NCBI GenBank assembly: GCA_021786105.1
Contig: JAJYNW010000015.1
Span: forward strand, 18,752-82,751
Direction of reading: 5' to 3'
DNA: 64,000 nucleotides
Source of the DNA: a bacterium
GTDB taxonomy: Bacteria > Patescibacteriota > Microgenomatia > Daviesbacterales > UBA10151
Shown: in pieces, positions 58,391-64,000 of the stretch
How the letters are laid out: the number at the start of each line of letters is the position of its first letter
How positions within the stretch are numbered: the first letter of the stretch is position 1
The notes under the pieces: model-generated
What the model was told of the DNA's origin: nothing
The model's input: the letters and a program-made list of their open reading frames with translations, nothing else
The model's database searches: none
Translations under genes and position numbers: made by a program

Positions 58391-59695
58391 TTAGCCGATA
58401 TTTAAGCTTTGCAATAAAGCTAAAAGCGCTTGCAGGTTAAAACTAAAGTGCAAACCTAACCCATCAAGCAGATTATCTAGCCCCATGCTTGAACTATCGT
58501 CGGCATTTCGACCAAAAATATTGACGTTTGCAGAATTGTCTACAGTGACCCCATCCTCCGCATCGCCGGTTGTAACTTCTACCGGATCATTTGCAATAGG
58601 TCCTGTGTTACCTTCTGGATCGTTATTACCGGTTTCCGATTCTGCCTCGATTTTGTTTTCCAGCTCACATTTTCCTCGTCCGTCCATAAAAAGGCCCTGA
58701 GGGCCGGTTGATATGCCGTCTTTCCCGCAGTTGTTTTGGAAAGCTTGTAATTCGTTTTCAAATTCGGCCTCAATCTTGTTTTCCGAATCAGATCCGTTGC
58801 CGGAAATTTTTGCCAGAACGTCAAATATACAACAGCTAATATCTGCCCAATTAAAGTTAACTGCATTGTCGACCGTGACGTCGGTTGTGGCATTGCCGGT
58901 GTCAACCGTGACATCTCCGCCGGTGTTATCTTCTACCTCATTGTCTCCGGTATTAGCTTTTGCTTCGATATCATTTTCAATATCAGCGTTATTGTCTTGG
59001 ACAAGAAGTATAGATTGCTCGTGCTCAAGATCGATTTTATTTTTTGAATCTGAGCCGTTGCCTGTGATCAGGGCGCTGATAGAGCCTTGGTTGTTTCCGC
59101 CTCCGATGCTTGCCGCATTGGCATTCGCCAGGTTTCCTATCGTAACACTTGCCTGAGCATCACCGGTTCTAACTTCCGAGTTGCCGCCGGTGTTATCTTC
59201 TACCTCATTGTCTCCGGTATTAGCTTTTGCTTCGATATCATTTTCAATATCAGCGTTATTTGTCTGGTAGACTTCTGTTTTGTTTTTCTGTTCAGTTTTT
59301 ATTTCATTTTTTGAATCTGAGCCGTTGCCTGATATGGTAGCATCAACGCTTCCCAGACAAGTCGGACAATTCACGTCAGCGGTGTTGGCATTAGCTTGAT
59401 TTGACACATCTACTCTTGTCGTGGCATTTCCTGTGTCAATGGTTGTGTTTCCCCCTGTATTATCCTTTGCCTTGTTATCGCCGGTATTTGCTTCTGCCTC
59501 AATTTTATTCTCGATGTTGGCATTATTGCTCTGGACTACCGTAGTTTCTGTTTTAGTCTCCGCCTTGACTTCATTATCAGAATCAGATCCGTTGCCGGAA
59601 ATTCCTAAAGTGGTAGTTTGGGCAAAAACCGGGATAGCAAATGAATACAGAAGAAGGGATAAGGTAGCAATTGCCGAAGCTATTTTTCTTTTCAT
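58391..59695 (-). CDS. Secreted acidic Asn/Gly/Thr-repeat protein with ~89-aa units
   Basis: Signal peptide; four ISGNGSDSxN-type units; strong AAGGAGGTGA RBS; identical 77-bp segments at 58917-58993 and 59184-59260. Confidence 0.85.
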   Translation of the reverse strand: MKRKIASAIATLSLLLYSFAIPVFAQTTTLGISGNGSDSDNEVKAETKTETTVVQSNNANIENKIEAEANTGDNKAKDNTGGNTTIDTGNATTRVDVSNQANANTADVNCPTCLGSVDATISGNGSDSKNEIKTEQKNKTEVYQTNNADIENDIEAKANTGDNEVEDNTGGNSEVRTGDAQASVTIGNLANANAASIGGGNNQGSISALITGNGSDSKNKIDLEHEQSILLVQDNNADIENDIEAKANTGDNEVEDNTGGDVTVDTGNATTDVTVDNAVNFNWADISCCIFDVLAKISGNGSDSENKIEAEFENELQAFQNNCGKDGISTGPQGLFMDGRGKCELENKIEAESETGNNDPEGNTGPIANDPVEVTTGDAEDGVTVDNSANVNIFGRNADDSSSMGLDNLLDGLGLHFSFNLQALLALLQSLNIG

Positions 59696-59894
59696 CGTCT
59701 CACCTCCTTTCCGATTTTAATACCCGTTTAAGTACGGAGCACTTCATTGCTCATCTTATAAAGTTATGTTAAAAAAGAAATTAAGATAAGGTAAGAATCT
59801 GGTAACAAGAAGCCCCATGGGTATTAAAAGAACTTATAATCACTTGAAAGGAGAAAACCGTGGACTTTGTGTCGCGGAAGTTTATAAGAGGATA

Positions 59895-60488
59895 TTAAAA
59901 CTGTAGATCTAAGACTGTTTTTTGTCCGCTAATTTCTCCGACTTGGACTTTTAAATTCTTCTTGGTTTCATCAATCGGGAAACCAAGGCGTGAATATTTG
60001 GTGGAAATTGGTTGGATCTCTACAGGGTCGTTATGTATTTCCGGCGCCAGCCATTCTGTGCCGTTATTGACAGATAATCGGATAAAATCACGGCTATTGA
60101 TTTCTATTCTTTTATCTCCCTGATTGACGATTTTAAGGTTTAAAATAAGGAAAGTTCTTCCTTTAACGGCAGTGGCTTTTTGACCCTTGACTACTATTTC
60201 GTCCCGAAGTTCTGCATTTTCAAGCATATATTTTAAGGTGCCAATCTCAATGCCTTTGTTGTCTTTAATAGGAAAGCTAAACTCTTTATTAATTGGTCGT
60301 GTGGCAATTGGCCCGGCAATTGTTGTTTTCTGGCCGTTATTTGCCCCGACAGCGGAAAATGTTTTTTGCCCTTTAAAAACATTAGTGCGGGCGTTGATGA
60401 GCAAAATTCCGCCTAAAACTATAATTACAATGACAATAATGCGCGACTTTTTGCTATGGAATAAAAAACGGGGATTAATTGATAACAC
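59895..60488 (-). CDS. Membrane-anchored DUF4352-like Ig-fold protein
   Basis: TM helix, then GRTFLILNLKIVN...FIRL...IQPISTK.SRLGF. Confidence 0.6.
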   Translation of the reverse strand: MLSINPRFLFHSKKSRIIVIVIIVLGGILLINARTNVFKGQKTFSAVGANNGQKTTIAGPIATRPINKEFSFPIKDNKGIEIGTLKYMLENAELRDEIVVKGQKATAVKGRTFLILNLKIVNQGDKRIEINSRDFIRLSVNNGTEWLAPEIHNDPVEIQPISTKYSRLGFPIDETKKNLKVQVGEISGQKTVLDLQF

Positions 60489-60954
60489 TTAATTCTATTT
60501 CAACCTCCTTTTGGTTACTTTTTTTGTTGATCTCCACTGCTATTTCTAAGTTCCCATCACTCCCGACAAGCTTATTCAGTATGTTTCCGTTAGTATTGAT
60601 TTCAATAAAAGAAGTTGTTTGCAGACCTTGGCTTTGAATTTGTCCTTTGTACCAATTGGTAATTTCGGCGGGAGTGTCACTGCTTTCCAAAATCAAGCTA
60701 TCGCTATTTGAGCTGATAACCTTGGCATTGGGATAGCTAAATTTTTGGAAACGGGTTGTCTGGGGGTCCGGACCGATTTGTTGGCTTTTTGTATCCGGTA
60801 GCGGCGGGGATTTTTGGGCTTGGGCAGAATCAGCGGCTGTTGTTAAAAAGGGAAGAGGGGCCGGGTGCCCAGCAGGAAACAGGACTTTGCTGATTCCGGG
60901 GGTTAATATTAACAGGATCATGATAAAAAGTAGCGGGATTAAAGTTTTGCTCAT
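60475..60954 (-). CDS. Membrane-anchored exported hypothetical protein
   Basis: Start chosen at MSKTLIPLL; YPNAK...SDTPAEITNWYK. Confidence 0.6.
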   Translation of the reverse strand: MSKTLIPLLFIMILLILTPGISKVLFPAGHPAPLPFLTTAADSAQAQKSPPLPDTKSQQIGPDPQTTRFQKFSYPNAKVISSNSDSLILESSDTPAEITNWYKGQIQSQGLQTTSFIEINTNGNILNKLVGSDGNLEIAVEINKKSNQKEVEIELSVIN

Positions 60955-61150
60955 TGGGCGAACTGCCTTACTGGTAACTAATTTTAGAAAGTCGGTATTA
61001 AATCTTAGTAAATAACCAGTAAGGAATAGGTAAGAAGGAAGCGATTGCTCGCAAATTTGTTTCTTTAGACATAGTCGCAAGAACGAAGTTCTTACAAAGT
61101 AGAAACAAATTTATAGCTTAATTTTAACCCAGACAGGGTATTAATAAGGG

Positions 61151-63589
61151 GTGATAGATTTATTTTCTAGAGGAAAACAGTCCAGCGGCTTATTTGGCAG
61201 TGACAGCAAAAAAGCTTATCCGGCATTGATTCTTGATAAAACAGTAGTTTTTCCCAGCGAAAAAGTACCTTTAATAGTCGAAAACGAAATAATGATTAAA
61301 GCTGTTAATTTTGCGGCAGAGAATAACAGCCCCTTGGTGCTAATATTTCAGAAAGATTCTCAAAAAGGTAAGATCGGAGTTTTATCTAATGTGGTTTCGC
61401 AAGGATACATTGCTTCAAATTTATTGGGAGTGGTAATGGAAGGGTTAAAAAGAGTGGAGGTGGAGGATGGTTTTGAAAAAGACGGCATCAAAATGGTGGA
61501 AGTTACGGAACTGGAAAAGGACGAGGAGGAGGACACCACAGGTCCAAAGGAGAAACCAACTGAATTGGAAGCTTTGTCCCGTTCTGCCTTTGACCAGTTT
61601 ACTAAATTAATCCAGATGCATGGGGCTGTCCCGCAGGCTATTATTGAAGAGTCTCAAAAAGAATATATTCCGCCGGCCAAAGTGGCTGATTTGATTTCTT
61701 CCGCTTTAAGGCTGGACTTTCCAGAAAAATTAGAGCTTTTGCAGGAGATGGATGTTAAAAAAAGACTACAAGTGTTAAATAATAAACTGGCTAAAGAGTT
61801 AAGTATCGTGCAGGCGGAAAGAAAGATTCAGGAAAGCTTGGAACATGATGTGGAAAAAGAGCAAAGGGAATTTTTCTTGCGGGAAAGACTCAAAGCCATT
61901 GAAAAAGAGCTGGGTATTTTTGAAACCCAGAAGGAATTTGAGGATTTGGAAAAAAAGCTGCTGCAAGCCGGGTTGCCGGAGGAGGCCAAAAAAAGGGTTT
62001 TGGGTGAATTAAATCGGTTGAAAAGAATGCCGGAGATGAGCGCAGAGGCACCCTACCTCCGGACTTATCTGGAATGGGTTAGTAATTTGCCTTGGGGCAA
62101 AAAGGATGAAACTAAAGTTGACTTAAAAAGGGCTAAGGAGGTTTTGGATCGGGATCATTATGGTTTAGAAAAGGTAAAGGAGCGGATTTTGGAGTATTTG
62201 GCTATTCAACAATTAACTAAAGGGGCAGGTCGGGGGAATATCCTGGTGTTTGTGGGGCCTCCGGGGACTGGCAAAACTTCAGTTGGTCAATCAATTGCTA
62301 GAGCTTTGGGCCGGAAATTCGTCCGCATCTCATTAGGAGGAATTAGGGATGAGGCTGAAATCAGGGGGCACCGCCGGACTTATGTGGGAGCCCTGCCGGG
62401 CCGGATTATTCAAGGGATCCGGACTGCCGGGAGCAAAAATCCGGTGTTTATGATGGATGAAATTGATAAAGTGGGCAGGGACTTTATTGCCGGTGATCCC
62501 CAGGCAGCACTCCTCGAGGTATTAGACCCAGCTCAAAACAACAGTTTTGCTGATCATTATATTGAAATTCCTTTTGATCTCTCGGATGTTTTTTTTATTA
62601 CCACCGCTAATATTTTAGACCCGATTCCGCCGGCTTTACGGGATCGCATGGAGGTGATCGAATTTTCCGGCTATACGGAAGATGAAAAATTTCATATTGC
62701 CAAACTATTTCTGCTGCCACGAGTATTTTCGGAAAGCGGTTTAGACAAAGGGAAGCTAATGATTGAAGACCGGGCAATCCGCAAAATTATTACCCGGTAT
62801 ACTCGGGAGGCAGGAGTAAGGGAATTGGAAAGAAAGCTGTCTGAGGCTGCCCGCAAGGTGGCCAGACAAGTGGCTGAAGGAAGAATTAAAAAACCGCTAA
62901 CGATTACGGAAGATTTGGTGACTGATTACTTGGGGCCGGAAGAATATGAGGTGACGTTGGCCCAGCAGGAGGATGAGGTGGGAGTAGCTACCGGTTTGGC
63001 CTGGACAGAAGCCGGAGGAGATATTATCTTTATCGAAGCCCGGCTCACGCCGGGTAAAGGCAACTTAACTTTAACCGGATCTTTGGGTCAAGTCATGCAG
63101 GAATCAGCCAAAGCTGCCTTGTCTTATATCCGCTCCAGAGCAACCCAGCTTAAATTTGATCCTGATTTTTATTACAAATCAGATATTCACATTCATGTGC
63201 CGTCCGGGGCTATTCCTAAAGATGGACCATCAGCCGGAGTGGCCATTGCCGTAGCTTTGGCCTCTATGCTAAGTAGCAGAAAGGTGAAAAAAGACGCGGC
63301 CTTAACCGGGGAAATTACGATTAACGGGAAAGTCCTTAAAGTAGGGGGTATAAAGGAAAAGGTGCTGGCAGCTCACCGGGCTGGTGTTAAAACAATAATT
63401 CTGCCAAAAGGGAACGAGAAAAACCTAATTGATGTACCTGAGGAAATCAAAAAAGAATTGAAGTTTAAATTTATGGAACATGCCGATGAAATATTGGACT
63501 ATATCTTAATTCCTAAGGAAAAGACCGCCAAAAAATACCATCCCAAGACTCATGACGGGCAAGGGTTCCTGGCCGGTCAACAGTTGTAA
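61151..63589 (+). CDS. lon: ATP-dependent Lon protease
   Basis: DHYGLEKVKERILEYL, GPPGTGKTS, RGHRRTYVGA, PKDGPSAG and GGIKEK. Confidence 0.97.
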   Translation: MIDLFSRGKQSSGLFGSDSKKAYPALILDKTVVFPSEKVPLIVENEIMIKAVNFAAENNSPLVLIFQKDSQKGKIGVLSNVVSQGYIASNLLGVVMEGLKRVEVEDGFEKDGIKMVEVTELEKDEEEDTTGPKEKPTELEALSRSAFDQFTKLIQMHGAVPQAIIEESQKEYIPPAKVADLISSALRLDFPEKLELLQEMDVKKRLQVLNNKLAKELSIVQAERKIQESLEHDVEKEQREFFLRERLKAIEKELGIFETQKEFEDLEKKLLQAGLPEEAKKRVLGELNRLKRMPEMSAEAPYLRTYLEWVSNLPWGKKDETKVDLKRAKEVLDRDHYGLEKVKERILEYLAIQQLTKGAGRGNILVFVGPPGTGKTSVGQSIARALGRKFVRISLGGIRDEAEIRGHRRTYVGALPGRIIQGIRTAGSKNPVFMMDEIDKVGRDFIAGDPQAALLEVLDPAQNNSFADHYIEIPFDLSDVFFITTANILDPIPPALRDRMEVIEFSGYTEDEKFHIAKLFLLPRVFSESGLDKGKLMIEDRAIRKIITRYTREAGVRELERKLSEAARKVARQVAEGRIKKPLTITEDLVTDYLGPEEYEVTLAQQEDEVGVATGLAWTEAGGDIIFIEARLTPGKGNLTLTGSLGQVMQESAKAALSYIRSRATQLKFDPDFYYKSDIHIHVPSGAIPKDGPSAGVAIAVALASMLSSRKVKKDAALTGEITINGKVLKVGGIKEKVLAAHRAGVKTIILPKGNEKNLIDVPEEIKKELKFKFMEHADEILDYILIPKEKTAKKYHPKTHDGQGFLAGQQL

Positions 63590-63642
63590 TTTAAATTACT
63601 GTAAATTTTTTAAAGGGAGGCTATGATGGCTTTTGCTTTAAG

Positions 63643-63783
63643 ATGGCATACGATAAGGATGATTATGAAAAGAAAGAATATTACGGTAAACGGCCGTTAT
63701 GGCAATGGATCGTTATTTACTTAATAATCGGAGCGATTATTTACGGATTAATTTATTTTTTGATTCTGGCTCCCCGTTATTAG
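63643..63783 (+). CDS. Small single-TM protein (46 aa)
   Basis: MAYDKDDYEKKEYYGKRPLWQWIVIYLIIGAIIYGLIYFLILAPRY, translated by hand. Confidence 0.5.
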   Translation: MAYDKDDYEKKEYYGKRPLWQWIVIYLIIGAIIYGLIYFLILAPRY

Positions 63784-63834
63784 TTAAAAAGATTGAATTA
63801 ATAAATATTTTTTGTTATACTCCGCTCACTTCAT

Positions 63835-64000
63835 ATGAGTAACCCTTGTATTAATTGCGGTAAGGAAAGGGTAGATGGTAAAACTTGGGAGGAAAAAATT
63901 GGCGCAACGGTAGTAATTCATACTCAAACTGTTTGCCCGGATTCCGAGTGTCAGAAATTGGTTGATAAGGCTATTGCTGAAAGAAAATCCAAAACTGCCT
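63835..64000 (+). CDS. Small zinc-binding protein (runs off the window end)
   Basis: MSNPCINCGKER...CPDSECQKLVD. Confidence 0.65.
   Translation, partial: MSNPCINCGKERVDGKTWEEKIGATVVIHTQTVCPDSECQKLVDKAIAERKSKTA

Overview
Chromosomal window from a Patescibacteria (CPR) bacterium, probably Microgenomates; the taxon is inferred from gene content and protein style. It starts inside dnaA and contains oriC, a membrane-anchored PD-(D/E)XK nuclease and dnaN. Next is a dispersed conjugation-like (T4SS) locus: cell-wall hydrolase, VirB4-like, PrgI-like, VirB6-like and six VirB2-like pilins. That locus is interrupted by a cobalamin riboswitch, a broken hicBA pair, an AAA ATPase and large orphan proteins. 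The middle holds smpB, a tmRNA with a 33-codon tag, comF, seven tRNAs, a free-standing LAGLIDADG gene, dnaG and rpoD. A ~12.6 kb satellite-like element is integrated in tRNA-Asn. It carries a large serine recombinase, a TerS-like gene, a replication gene, a structured ncRNA, a type I R-M system, CBASS (CD-NTase plus Cap15) and a nuclease. Joining its two ends in silico restores a 46-codon C-terminal extension of its own integrase, so the integrase gene appears to be split by attP. Near the end is a sortase operon with three Asn/Gly/Thr-repeat surface proteins, followed by lon. Heptamer-repeat hairpins and palindromic REP-like elements are scattered throughout; one heptamer site brackets a four-helix-bundle gene with a perfect 36-bp direct repeat.
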